This document shows positions 37,901 through 52,500 of a DNA stretch of 64,000 nucleotides, piece by piece. Below the pieces are notes generated by a model. It did no database searches, was not told the origin of the DNA, and was given only the letters and a program-made list of their open reading frames with translations. Numbering within the stretch: the first letter of the stretch is position 1; each line of letters starts with the position of its first letter. This stretch comes from Lingula anatina (taxonomy: Eukaryota; Animalia; Brachiopoda): assembly GCA_051362555.1 (NCBI GenBank), contig CM120641.1, positions 48,242,401-48,306,400 of the forward strand, read 5' to 3'. The position numbers and the translations under genes were made by a program.

Positions 37901-40900
37901 CAGCTCTCCCAGTTTCACACACTTTGGGTTGATGGTGAAGATTTCCACACGGCCTTTCTTAGACCGATTGTGCTGATTGAAAAGAATACATTAGTTTAGT
38001 TCTCTTGACTTGAAACATCAATCCAATGACTTGATTTAACACTTAGAATATATGATCAATTTTAATTTAATTTAATTTCATTTAATTTAATTGTAATTTT
38101 AAAATAGGTACAATTTAAAAATGTCATTTAAGTTTAATTGCATTGATAAAAGTATCTATAACTAGCAAATATCAGTCAACCTATAAATTGTGCTTGTAAA
38201 TTTTCTTGTTAGTGAATCTTATTTTTCTCTGAGAATTACCCAACCCCATTCAAAGATATCAGCCTGGCTCCACATACCACAAACATCCCAGGTTTCCTGA
38301 GAGGCGAATCCATCAACCCGTCCTCTGCTGCCACATCAGTAGAGATAGAGGGTAGCAGGACCAGAGCCCTGTGTAAGATACTTCTGGCCGTAGACTTCCC
38401 GCCCCCTGTGGGTCCCACCAGCATGACTCCGTGGCGCACCAAGATCTGGCTGTAGAGCTGCTTCACTTTCTCTATCTGACTGAACCAGTGTTGGAGACCT
38501 TGGTCCCTGATTGACATGGAGATGGCTTTCTGGAAGGTACAAAGAACAGGAGATATATAACAGATATATAACATGGAGATATATAATATGGAACAGAAGA
38601 CCTATATATAATAGATAGTAGATATTAAGAACCAGTGCTACAGAGTCTGATCCCTGATGAACAAACACAGAAAGAGAAAACCCAAACACAGAAAGGGAAT
38701 ATTTTTAACCTCTAAGATCCCCTGGTCCTGCTCAGGAGGTATAATTCCTGGGAACAAGTCTGCCAGGATGCTCTCGAACAACGGCACATCTTCTGCCAGG
38801 AATTTCGGCAGGTTAGCGTCTCTCAGGGAGTGGATCAAGATGTAGGACTCTTCCTTCTCCGTCATACTCTTCACTCTACCATCAGAGCTGGAACACAATC
38901 AAACAATCATTTATTCCATATAATAAATAATAATTGATTTCATGATAATTTCTGTCTTAGATTTGGAGAAAATGATAATTTTGTAAGAAATACATGTCTA
39001 TGTCTTGTTTTGATCAATCTTTTAAACAAACATATTTTAATACTTTTGTTAGAAATAATCAATCATCAAAGTGCCCCACTATGTCCAGGGTCTACAATTT
39101 GTCTAAGATCAATGGATTTCATGTTAGAAATAATCATCAAAGTGCCCCACTACCTGAGTTGTGCCTGTCTCTTCCTCTGTCCAGACATCACCAGCACTGA
39201 CTTGATGGCTCTCATACCAAAATCATAATGGTCCTGGAATAAGAAATGTGTAGAAGAATTTATTCAGATCCCCTACACACAGTTTAAACATTTTCAAACC
39301 CTTTTAAAGACTGGCCCATAGTGTCTGTAGGGACTAAAATTGTATCAAGCTATTTCACATCTAAGCTATTGAGAGATAACATTTTCTGAGGATTACAATT
39401 CACCCTTAATAGAAACATATGGGGAAAGTCCCATCTCAAACCGTGTTGTATTAATACACTTTTCCTGTAGTAGCAACACAAAACAAAACAACAACGAAAA
39501 CACTTTAAACATTAAAGTTAGTCTCTTTGACAATATACAACCAGTCCTTTACCTGCTGCGAGAGCTGTTTGCTGGCCAGCTGATACAGATTCACAATCTT
39601 CCCCGACAGTGACTTGGCAGCCGTGAACCCCTCTGAGAACAGCATGATCTCCGCAATCTGGGTGTAGTCTGGCACCATCATGGCGACAGAGCGGAACAGG
39701 TACTTCAGGTTATCTGGGAGCTCCACACGCCCTGCGTAACTGGAGAAATGTAAAATGGAAATTATAAAATTGGGATATTGGGAGAAAATTGAAACATTTT
39801 CCAAAGTTGAGCCAGTGCCTCTTGTTAAAGCAAATAAAATTCAAAGATTTCAATCATTACTGTGAACATGCACTGTCATATAAAGGGTAAAAGAGACTGA
39901 ATGAGAATTTATAAACTTCTCACTCACTATCCTTTAAATATTGACCAAAGAACAATACCTAGACTATATATGAGACACATAATTACAAAAAAAAAAAAAA
40001 AATTAAAAAATTGCAAATTTAAAGAGAGCCTACAGGTACACATATACCTAGGATTCATGGTGATGAAGATTCCACATGTCATGTTCAGTTTTATGTCTCT
40101 GCCTTCAAATACAAACCTGCAAAAACAAATTACAATATGAGTGCAAACTTCAGTACACAAATATTGACATATGGGGGACTTTGAGGCAAAACTTATATAT
40201 AAGAAGGGGAAAATCACAAAAATAAATAATTATGAATTAAAATAATAACATCAAAATTATAGCCTTTAAAACAATTTCTAAAGCAGAAATGGTTTAATAT
40301 AATGACATCCAACTGTTTAAAAAACAAATATGGTTGTGACTCATTTAACCAAACCTACTTTGGGGCCCCGGTGTCTTTGGCAGCCTTGATGGTGAGCAGC
40401 TGCTGTGCCACCACTGACAGCACTTCTACATCTATCCTGTTAAACTCATCAAAACAGGACCAGCTGCCAGACTGGGAACTGCCAGAGAAGAACTTCCCCA
40501 GCATTTTGAAATCGAGGCCTTCTGAACAGTTGAACACTACACACTGCTTGCCCATGGCCTGATGATGAAGATATTGAAGTTTATTAAAAAAAATTCCTTT
40601 TTTATACAGTTGACTATGCATTGTTAGTAATAAGTTCATAAATTTAAATTAACCTCTTTTAAAAGAGATTTTTAGTGGATATAAGAGAAACTTGGGTTAA
40701 ATTCATAACAGCCAACAAATTTATCAAAGTAAATAGCTCAAATATAGTTCTCGGCCTACCTTAGCCAAATCTTTAACAGTCTCTGTCTTCCCTGTTCCTG
40801 CTGGCCCAGCAGGGGAGCCTCCCAGGTGCAGATGGAGTGCGCCTGTCAGTGTGAGGTAGCACCTATCTGTCAGAGGGGTGATGACCAGCCTGGGGGAACA

Positions 40901-43900
40901 GCCCAGATACTCGTAGCCGTAGATGAAGGAAGCGTTAGACTGTAGGACATGACAGTTATTGGTCTGTTCGTCCCACTGATAACGCAGTTGTCTAAAAAGA
41001 AAAAAAATATTTGCTTGATTTTATGTAATATGTGCAAGAAAATAAGGTCCCACGTTGGTCACTATAACATCTGTCTTCACAAATTGTTTGTTCTATTATT
41101 TTTTAAAAACCTTCATAATTCTTTTACCAGTCTTTGCAATGCATTTTAAAACAAACAAACAAAAATATGCAAACGCACCCTTTTTAAGCTATGTTATAGT
41201 AAATACAATTCATCCTTATATGTAAAATTTACTTAATTATTTGCTCCACTTTTCTTCTTTCATCAACAACCTTAAAGAAAAGTCCACCAGAACACTAATA
41301 ATACATTACTACCACTCACTTCATCCACTCAAAGTCATCTTTCTTGGTAACTTTATTATCAATCATGTCAGCCACGATGTCCCTGTTGTGGACAGTGATG
41401 ATGAGCAGAGCCTCTATGCTGAGTCTCTTATGTGACGCCAGATTGGTGGACACAAGTCCCGCCAGGACGTTCAGCGTCTCCACCAGGTTGTCCTGTATAG
41501 ACATCATGGCCTTCCTCGGCTCGTAGGTGGCAAAACAGTTCAGGACATCTTTGTTGAACATGATCTGTGCCTGGAGGAGATATGTGGTTAACACAAATTG
41601 TTTTTACATGCAGTTTCACTAGTAACATGTATGTATGAAGTATCAATATCCTGTTTTTATATTTGTTGCAAAGGCAGATTTGTAAGCTGAATGTATAAGT
41701 ATACTATACTCTACTACAAAGCTAAAATATGAAACCATTTATATCTTAATAAATTTTTCTCTTAGAATATATATATGACATCAAGCTTATCACAATATGA
41801 ATCTAAATTTAAACCATAATTATAGTACAAGAGTTCACAAAAATAGTGCCCGGCATTTAAATCTAAGATCAGGTTCCCGTACCACCGTGAGGACAACCTG
41901 TCCTGGATGTTTCAGCACCCAGTCTTGTAGCTTGATTCCCACCCAGTCTGACAGCCCCATCTTCAGGTGTCTGAAAGGCACATTATTTAACATATTTTAT
42001 AAGCACATAAAAAAGATCCACATCAGAATTCACAATAATCAATTTATTGACTTTGATTTTTTGGCTTAGAAGTTTAACTTTTAATCAAAAATTTTACCAT
42101 ACTACCACCATGAATCTGAAATCTTATTCAGTTTAATGTCTTTAAACTTTATAACACTCTGGGGAAACAACATGCAACAGAAACAACCCACTTCTTATCA
42201 TATCAAATTTTTTTTTCTAAAAGTGATATAAATGTTATCCTGAAAGAGTTACACATAAAAAATTGCAGCTGGATAAAAGATACTTGCTTTTTGACAGTAT
42301 CAAACATGCCCATCTCCACTCCTCCCAGCCATGTTTCCACGGGACCACGCGCCCTCACATTCCTGGAAAATAACATCAGACATTCTTAGATTCATCATAT
42401 ACTGCTGCATCTAAGTTTTCAGGATTTTCACATTCTATTTCATAAATTTTAATAATTCCATTCATCCAATAGGTGGTGGGATGATATAAAATTAAATTTT
42501 GAATTTGAAAATCTATTTAAATAATCCATACTGTTAAATTTCAATTTTTCTGAATTTTCTCATTCTATTTCAAAACTTTTAAAAATTCAATTCATCTAAT
42601 AGGAAGTGGGACAATATAAAATTAAATTTGAATTTGAAAATCCATTTCATTCCTGTAATAAATAAATGCAATCAAAATTACAGTGAAAAAAAAAAGAAAA
42701 AAAGTTACAATTACTTGGGCATCTGCACTATCTCTCCTTCTGCTGAAATCATACACTTCACTGTAGGTGGTTGCCGTGGCAACGTCTTGATCTCCAGAGC
42801 TTTTATGTTACCGAAACATTTTCCAAGGTGGGGCTGAAAAGGGGCATACTTAAATATAGTTCTTACTGGGCTAAAAAATTTATATATGATAAAAGTTAAT
42901 AATCAATACACCGTCTACTGTTAAACAATATATTTTACATCCATCCATTTTCCCATTTATTTATCTATCAGTTCCTCACTTTACATTTCCTTCCATTTCT
43001 CTTTTCCTTTACTGATCTTGTTTTTCTATTTGCCCTCACTGACCTGTACAGCGTCTGGGTTCCTGGACTGTGCCAATATGTCCAACAGATCATCATTACT
43101 GAGGAAGTAGAATCTTGGAAACACGAGTCTTTTGGTCTCTAAATAATCCTGAATCAACAAGAAGAAAAATAGATACCAAAATCGCCAAAAACATTTTCAA
43201 CTCTTATAATTTTGTGGTAAGTTGAGAAGAGATCAGGACAAAGCAATAATGTTAATCTATTTCAGTTTTTATATTATGTATAATAAAGAATTAAGAGGTT
43301 GTACCTGAAAAAATAGAAAAACACCTCATTATTGTTTCTTCTCCAGACTGCAAATTCTCATAACAAACAAAAATAATCTTCAAAGAACAGTGTATTTCTA
43401 AAAGTAAACAATTTAAGCACACAAATAATTCTAATCAATAACAGTACCTCCAAACACTTGTGTATCTTCTCCAGGTTGGCGTTGGCAGACTGTAGCGCCT
43501 CCAAGGTTCCTGTGGCAGTGGCAGCCTTCAGGGCATTAGGTCTGTCCTCCGTACGCCTCATGATGTCCTTCCATGTCTTATCAACCTGGCTGAATAACTT
43601 GGCCTCATTGGGTAATTGTCTGGAATAGAGGTACATATCATTAATTTCCTTATAACACACTGTGTGGCCATATGTGTGTGTGTGTGTGTTTCTTTGTTGT
43701 TGTTTTAACTGTTGTTTTTTTTTTGTTTGTTTTGTTTTTTTTTTTTTTTTGCATTAGGTGATCCTCCATCCACTTCAAATAGAACAAAATTTATTTGATT
43801 TATTTGAGTTAAATGATTTATGGTAAAATGTAAAAGCCAGTTTTGTGAAATGGTGACAATAACTGGACACGGTAAATGCAACTAAGGCACATGCATAATG

Positions 43901-46876
43901 CACTGTTTAACACATGCTCCATATGTCTGCCAAGAAGGAATTAGTGAAGTTGAACAATATAAAAGAAACAATAACAAATAATAAAAATTGCCAAGCTATT
44001 TGAACAAACTGCAGTAACTGCTATTGGTATCTAATGCCCAGTGTACAAATTATGTGAACAGTCACCTTGACATAGGAAAAATCAACATGCAATACGGAAG
44101 AAGACTAAGGTTTTACTTACCAAAACACTTATAAGAAAGGTAAAACAGGTTGATTAAATGAAGTCTATTTCAAGAACACAAATAAGCAAAGAGACAGGAC
44201 AAGAGATGACATACAGGTAGGTGTAAGTACTTAAAGAAAATACCTGATCAGACCTACTTGAAGATATTAAGGAACATGAATACTTTTCAAAGTTACACAT
44301 ACAGCAATATAGCAGCCAGTGTATTTATACATATTTTATTTTTTACAATCTAAAAGCAGAGAATATCTTACCTCTGTATGTCAGGTGTAGAGAATATCTT
44401 ACCTCTGTATGTCAGGTGTACAGAATATCTTACCTCTGTATGTCAGGTGAAGAGAATATCTTACCTCTGTATGTCAGGTGTAGAGAATATCTTACCTCTG
44501 TATGTCAGGTGTGGAGAAGATCTGCTCCAGATATAACCAGTTCCTCTGACATGTCATCCACTCATCCAAAGTTCTGGCAAACACTGTCAACTTTCTCTCC
44601 CACTCTTCCACTTGGGACTAAGAAGATTTACAAACACAACTTATGAGGTCCACCAGGAAAGAAATAGATAAATACAAGGGCTGAATGCTGTATTCCTTTT
44701 TTTTTAAACAGTTCAGTTCAGCAATGATAGCCAGAATTATTTAAAAAAATTCTCTTTAAGTCTTTTATAAATATTTTGCAAAACATTGCCCATATTTTTT
44801 ATATCCATTGCAAGTCAAAACACCCTATTTTTTTCATGTGAAAGATGTAACACAGTTGGACCAGTTGAGGTAATTAAAATAGCCTTTTTCCCCAAACTTT
44901 TTTGAAATCTCGTCTGAACTCCTCGTCTGCTGCCTACCTTGATGGGTGTGACGTATCTGGACCCTCTGATGGTTCCTATGGTAACCTGACTTTCTTCCAG
45001 CTGTGCCAGGAGGTCATCTGCGCCAGCTATGATCCAGGTGTCGCGGCCCTGGTGTGCAACCAGTCTCAAGTCCGTGTGCTGCCACAGGTCTATGACCTAG
45101 AACACACAGATATTGTTTTTTTAATCATGGGTAGATTCAGGCCATCTTCTGGGTCTTCCAGAAGACGGTCAGATTTTCAAGTTTACTGAAACGGGTAACT
45201 AATTTTTTTCTGTCAGAAGATGGTAACTTATAGAAACTGGATCAACAAAGATAATTTGGAAGACTGTCAGAAAATATATCTGGATCTGCCCCTGTGTTCA
45301 CCATGGCATATTACCTTGTTCAGCATGATCTCCAGGGTGTGTTCATTACTGGCCGTGGTCGAGATGTCCTGAATCTTGTCCTTGTGCTTGAATATCTACA
45401 AAACAAGAAGAGAAGCATTCTCATTCAACAAACAAAAGAAAAAAATAACATATAAATGAAATCAAATTAATCAAGTTTTGAAACATGCTACAAAGGTGAA
45501 CAACAACTACACAAAAGTTACATGAAAAACATTCCACAAAATAGACATAAAGTATCAAAGCACAAATACAGAGATCTATTATTTTTTATCAAATAGTACA
45601 AAAATATCACTAGCATTAGATAAAACAACAAACACCACCATCACACGTACATTCATGTCCAGAAGGTTTCCCAGAGTGAAGTTCTTTTCTTTCATGATCG
45701 TCTTCCCAATGAGGCCCTCGATGACTGACCAGTGACGCGCGCGGAGAGCAGGGTTACGGAGACTCGTGATGACTGGCATACCTTGCTTAAAGTCTAACAC
45801 ACGCTCCTTAAGCTTAGGCAAGACCTCATTATGAGGAAGACCTGAAATATTAGAAAATTAAACTTAGATAAAGTGAGTGTATTCAATATATCAAATCATG
45901 GACCTTTTACCATAAAATCTTCATGTATCTAGATCAAATTTTAACAAAAGAGGACCCTTTCCCAGCAAAAAGGGAAGTTCTTTTGAATCCCCTGAACCCC
46001 ATCTGGCTACAGGCCTGTTTTCTATTTTGATGAAAAACAAGGCAGCAAAGCTGTCAAATGTACAGACAAAAAACAGAAAATAAAGATGCAAAAAAGGTCA
46101 TTTTGTCAATTTTGATGCAATAATAAATAATGCTTATAATAGCACTGTCAGTCAACACTGAATTTTAATCTTGTACAACGGGTAACATGGTCAATAACAG
46201 GAGCAGACCCAGAGATATTTTCTGACAGTATTCCAAAGAATCTATGTTGATCCATCCTCCATTTTGATGGTCTTCCAACAGAAAAAAATAGATACCAGTC
46301 AATATAAACTTAATAACCTGACTGTCTTCCGGAAGACCCAGAAGATGGTCTCAATCCACCCCTTCAATAAGATTACAGTTTCAGGACCATGAGAGTTCAA
46401 ATTCACATTATGAAAGTCTCAATATTTGAAAAATGATGACAGTGCATAAAATAATATTACATAATGTTTAAAGACATAAAAAACAATACAACTGCTTATG
46501 TAGAAATACAGAAAATGTGCAGAGCCCCAGGCAGATGAGAGTTAAAAGTCACAAATGCAAGTGTTTGAGAAAAAATTATAAAGGAAAACAACAAAACTAG
46601 AAAAGCACTTTGAGAGTGCAGACCTCTGCCAAGGCAGCAATTGTTGATTATTATTGATAATTGATTGATTATTGATCCAGACCACCACCAAAAATTAATC
46701 ATTGTCCACTTTGGCCCACTTCCGACAGTTCCTGAAAATTTCTGCAAAATTGGTCCATAACTTTTTGTGTTATGTGGATGACAGACAAACAGGGGTGAAA
46801 ATATAACCCCCTTCGCAGAGCTTGAGGTAAATATAATTCCAATGAAGATGCTATTCAAACTTTTAATCTTCCAGTT

Positions 46877-46952
<76 letters not shown>

Positions 46953-49564
46953 CTTATTTGCAATATTAAACAAAATTTACCTGCATAATTATCACTGCTT
47001 CCTTATTATTAATCTAGCAGAGAGCTTTACCTTTGGGAGTTTACAGGGAAATATCAACAAGTGTGCTTTACGTAATCTCATTTAATGGCCTATTAAAGCA
47101 AATGACTTTATAACTCTGAAATTAATCTAGTGATACCCAAGGGTAATTTACAGACTGACCCACTCAAAGGTCTTCAGGCCCATAAGTCACACCTTAAGAA
47201 AAGCACAAAACCATAATGCCCAAAATAGGAGACTACCAATCCTGAAGCAATAATACATTATGTTTAACTGCACAGTCAACATCAACTTATGCACAACAGG
47301 TAACACAGACGAAAGTAAAAGCATAATGCTCCAGGCCCATCAGAGTTCAAGTTTATACTTAGAAAGTGCCAGAATGAGAAAAATGAACATTTCACAAAAA
47401 ATGCATAAATACAATAAACATGATAATCCAATAGAGCTGGTTTTCTCATGAGCTGAAGGCCAATCCTAAAAATCGTACTTGTAAGTTTAAAATTATAATA
47501 AGTAGCACAGTTTTCTTTTCATAATGTTTGCAGTAGCAGTGCAAAAAGATTGTTGTCAATTTTGATGTAACATTACATAATAAATTAGAGAATAATTATC
47601 ACCAATTTTTGTTTATTGACTATAAATAGGATGGACATGTAGAAAATATGATTACCATTTGGCTTCATGTCCATGGGAGCTCCGAGTCCCACAATGAATA
47701 TGCCAAAAAGATAATGAATATTACACTAAAATGTATAACTTCCAGAAAAAGAAGCCAATTAGACTGCTTTTCTAACTCAGGCTGCATTTAAGTCCTGTGT
47801 TTCTTTTTTGAAAGTTTGACAGTCATAAGTAACACGGTTTTCCCATAATGGTCATCAAGGCAGCAGCACCAAAAATTGTGTTTTCTTCTATTTTGATGCA
47901 ACATTACATAATGCTTAACAGCATACTGACCATCGATTTTTAATAATAAAATATAAGTGTCATGGATTTTCACAAAATGTGACTAGCATGGGTCTTCAAG
48001 CCCGTGGAGGTTCTAAGTCACACCTTGGAAATGCCAATATGTGAAAAATTAAATTTTCACAAAAAACTGTTTAATTGCCAGAAAAATTTACCAAACAGAC
48101 TGCATTGCCTACTGAAGCTGTATTTTAGTCCCATGTTTCTTTCCTGTAATTTTGAGAACAGTAAGTGACATGATTTTCCTTAAATGGTCATCATGGGAGC
48201 ACTGCCCAAAATAGGGGTTTCTTCAAATTTTGATGCAATATTACATAATGTTTTACAGCATAATGACCATCAATTTTTAATTATAAAATATTAGTATCAT
48301 GGTTATTCAGAAAATGTAACTAGCAAAAGTCTTCAGGCCCATGGAACTTCAAAGTCACATATTGAAAATGCCAAAATGTAAACAAGACAGCACTGTTCTG
48401 AAATGGGTTTATTTCCATTTTTAACACTTTTTTAACATAAAACAAAATAAACAGTTTACTGCCATTTTTATATGACCAATGAAGAAAATTGATGAGATGG
48501 GAAAAGTATCAATAGAACAGTGTTAAATGTCCAACTTCCTCTATTCTGAGATTCTGAACATAGTGGATGAATGCATCTGACAAACTGCAATGATATGAGT
48601 TTATTTCCATTTTTGACACTTTATTACACAATACATGATAACAAGTTAACCATCATTTTTACAAAATCATTTAACAATGTTGTAAAGATGCAGGAAATGT
48701 CAAACAAACACTTTTACGTATCTTATTAGTTCAATAATGAGACTGTTAAGAATTGAATGTGAGGAAATGTGAAAAAACAGCATAACTTCTAAAATAATGG
48801 ACTGATTATGCTGATTTTCAAACTCAACCTGCGTTTTAGTAAGATTGGCCCCTCCTGTGAGTATAATGACAATTGGCCGATCTGTTTTTCTTATATTGTG
48901 TTATCAGTGTTGCATATATACTGAAAAAAGTGAAAAAACAGCATAAATTCCCTATATGTGACCCGATCGTGCTGATTTTCGAACTTGACCTGCGTATTAT
49001 GAATATTTATCAGTTCTGTAAGTTTCAAGCCAAAAGGTAAAATGGTTTTCCACTTATCGTGTTATCGGTGCTGCATATATGCTGAAAAAATAGAAAAAAT
49101 AGCCTAAATTCACTAAAAATGACCCAATCACGCTGATTTTCGAACTTGACCTGCGTATTAAGTATATTCATCAGTTCTGAAAGTTTCAAGTCAAAAGGTA
49201 AAATGGTATTCCACTTATCGTGTTATCGGTGCTGCATATATGCTGAAAAAAGTGAAAAAACAGCATAAATTCCCTATAAGTGACCCGATCATGCTGATTT
49301 TCGAACTTGACCTGCGTATTATGAATATTCATCAGTTCTGCAAGTTTCAAGTCAAAAGGTAAAATGGTTTTCCACTTATCGTGTTATCGGTGCTGCATAT
49401 ATGCTGAAAAAAGTGAAAAAACAGCATAAATTCCCTAAAAGTGACCCGATCATGCTGATTTTCGAACTTGACCTGCGTATTATGAATATTCATCAGTTCT
49501 GCAAGTTTCAAGTCAAAAGGTAAAATGATTTTCCACTTATCGTGTTATCGGTAAAAGTGCACGG

Positions 49565-49595
<31 letters not shown>

Positions 49596-52500
49596 AGACG
49601 CAGATGATGGCTATATGTACAGACACATCTGTGTCTGTACATAATAAAAAAGACAAACTACATCATTTCTGTACCTTTCTCTAGCATAAACACCGTCTGT
49701 GTAAACCTATTGGTGTGTTTCTGCAGGCTCTCCACATTCAGTTTATCAAAGGGAGTGGATGTCCACTCCTCCATTAGTCTGGTCAGCTCCTCACTGGACT
49801 CCCAGAGTAGACGTCGCAGAGTTAAGTCACGCTCAATCTCGGACAGTTCATGCTGCACTGCCTGAGCCTTGGCAGCATCATCTCTTCTGTCCATTAGAAG
49901 ATACTCCCTAAAATAGCAAACAAATTATATTCATCTAGTATTATGAACAAGGCAAGCTTAATGTACATTAAAGAAATATGGAACTTATTGTTTAGTTGTC
50001 CTTTATGTGTTAACAAAAAATATATAGCATTTGATGGTACAGAAAGAATCTCTTTGTGTTCTGAAGCAATGGACAAGATATTGTGATATTCATCTTTATT
50101 CTTATCACACCAGCCCTTCTTGTAGCAGAGATAATTAAACAGGCCAATTCTTACAATACAACTGAATATCTCTGAAATAAGGCACAAATTCTGAGATTTT
50201 CATTCTTTAACAAATAAAACGTTGCAATAAAAATCATCTTTACAGAATATAACTAAACTAGCCATACATAGCTTAACTAATAAATACTTTTTTTTTCAAA
50301 AAAAAACACACTTACTCAGAAAACTTCTTGGACTGTGACAGAGAACTCCCAAATCTATCCTGGTAGCTGCCGTAGCTGCGTGCCTTGGACGCCAGCGTCT
50401 GCACCTGGTCCTGGAGGTACTTAATGTTCTCCAGGGCTGCCAGGGGGATGGTGTCTGCGTGGAGGAGCGCTGGATCACGCACCTTGTTCTTGATCTCCAT
50501 GATGGTGAAGCGTATGTCATTAACCAGGCTGTCCAAGTCTGTGCTGAACTTGCGGATGTTTTCTTCCTTCTTGGCTTCACAGAATAGGACAGTGGACTGG
50601 AGAATGAAATGGAAGTTTTGGAAATACTGGATTAATGAAAAACTGAAGGAAGACATCAACCATCTATACATCTATGTTTAGTCTTCAGTAGTACTTAATA
50701 AAAATATCATCACTGTGATCATTCTATGGTTAAACTGTGGCTTTTAAAGGCATCATTTAAACTGATATACAACTATTTAGTCATATTTGCTTTAGATTTA
50801 ATACATCATTTTTTCACTATGACACATATAATAAAATCATTATATTACTTTGTATCTACTGATTTCACTTCTATGGTAAATCTCAGGGGCGGATTGAGGC
50901 CGTCTTCTGGGTCTCCCAGATGATGGTCAGATTTTCAAGTTTACATTGATGAGTATCTAATTTTTATTCTGTCAGAAGACGGTCAAAAATGGAGAATGGA
51001 TCAACAACGATCATTCAGAAGACTGTCAGAAAATATCTCTGGATCCGCCCCTGAAACTAAATGGAGAAGTAGAAGTAGTGCCCATCCCATGCTGTACTCA
51101 CCTTCAGATGCTGAAAGCTTGGAGCCAGGGTCTGATACAACGCAAACTCCTCAGCTGGGATAGCCACGTCAAAGTCCTTGGCTATAGAGAACATCTTGGT
51201 GACAATGGCAAACTCTTTGTCCAGGACAGGTAACTCTGAGGACATGCGACCCAGGAATGACAGGTGCTCCACAAACTCCTCCACTGAGGATGGGAAGTGG
51301 TCCAGTTTCTTCAGGGCTCCCTGGTGTTAAAGAGGGGAATGTGAAATTTTGATTGTAGCTTATGGTAAAATATTGAAAATTTCGTCACTTATTAATTAAA
51401 CAATATTTTAAAATGTGTGAATCCGATATGACCATATTAGGTGACAAAATTATTAACAGGCCCAATACCAAGTTTGACAAAATTTTCAAAGTAAAAAAAA
51501 ATTACATCTGAAAACTAATATGACTTACCTTGATAATATTAATAAGGTCCTCATTCCTCTTGTTGGCCACCACAGGTAGTTTCTTGTGGATTATATTCAG
51601 GACATTGGTGGGATAGGGCATGCAAGCCTCGCTAAACTTCTCTGCCATCAGCAGGATCATGCCCAGTCTCTTACTGAGGACCATGTTCTTCATCTCACGC
51701 ACCTGGTTTGAAATAAGAAATAATATCATCACAGTCTGCAGTTGTCCACCACCAAACTAACCTGCTCATTAAATAATCATGTTATTGAACATTACTGATT
51801 GATATTTATGAAGTAAATTTATTTATCTACATTCAAAACTGACACCAAGTATGTCAATTAACATGATGTCTTTGTTCTTTTTTTTTTAATGAAGAAACAA
51901 GTTCTAGTCAATGTGCAGGGGAACAGATTGGTCCTAAGAAAAATGTTGAAACTGTTACAGAGGGAGCAAAGTGTTAACTCATTAGAGCCTTTTCAGTTTG
52001 GTCAGCTCACCTGGTCAGTATGTAGCAAATTGTTAATTGATTTAAGCCTTGTTATCACTCATTATTATGGTCAGCTCACCTGGTCAGTATGTATGGAGAG
52101 GACATGTTGGAATTCATCTGTTGACCACTGTTTCTTGGCCATGGAGCCCTCTACGTCCATCCTCCTGGCCTGTTCTACCATCAGGCAGTACTTGTCATAG
52201 TTCTGTGGACAGGAAAGGGAAATATATATGTCAAGTATATACATGGTGTGTCATTAACACACTGAACCCAGGACAAATATCAGTGAAAATACTGAAGATG
52301 AGCCTTTTTCAAGTACAGCCATCTACTGACCCCTTGGGCCAACAGATCTTTAGACCATGCTGACTCAAAGGGCTAAAAGTTTTTTACACAATCTGTAAGT
52401 ATAAAATATAATCCAGACTCTTCATAACTCTCATCTGCCCTGCTGCCTGACAGCACTGCCATAATTTATAAAAGCAAGAGAGCAGCGACATGGTTTCATG

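Larger units (their letters stand above)
46034..49646 (-). mobile_element. 3.6-kb HINE-type element with two internal repeat types and nested insertions
   Basis: Terminal hairpin tatgtacagacac-atct-gtgtctgtacata (49614-49643) beside a (cgacgg/cga)n microsatellite. Matching subTIR atgtacagaca at 46058-46068, preceded by hairpin ggcagc-aaa-gctgtc and aacaag. Confidence 0.75.

Noticed and set aside
39047-39152. Duplicate of the first ~31 nt of an intron next to a donor
   Set aside because: The copy lacks the exon end and the GT, so I did not count it among the junction duplications, though it may share the mechanism.
46496-47085. (IY)n ORFs
   Set aside because: Translation of the (TA)n microsatellite and adjacent HINE.
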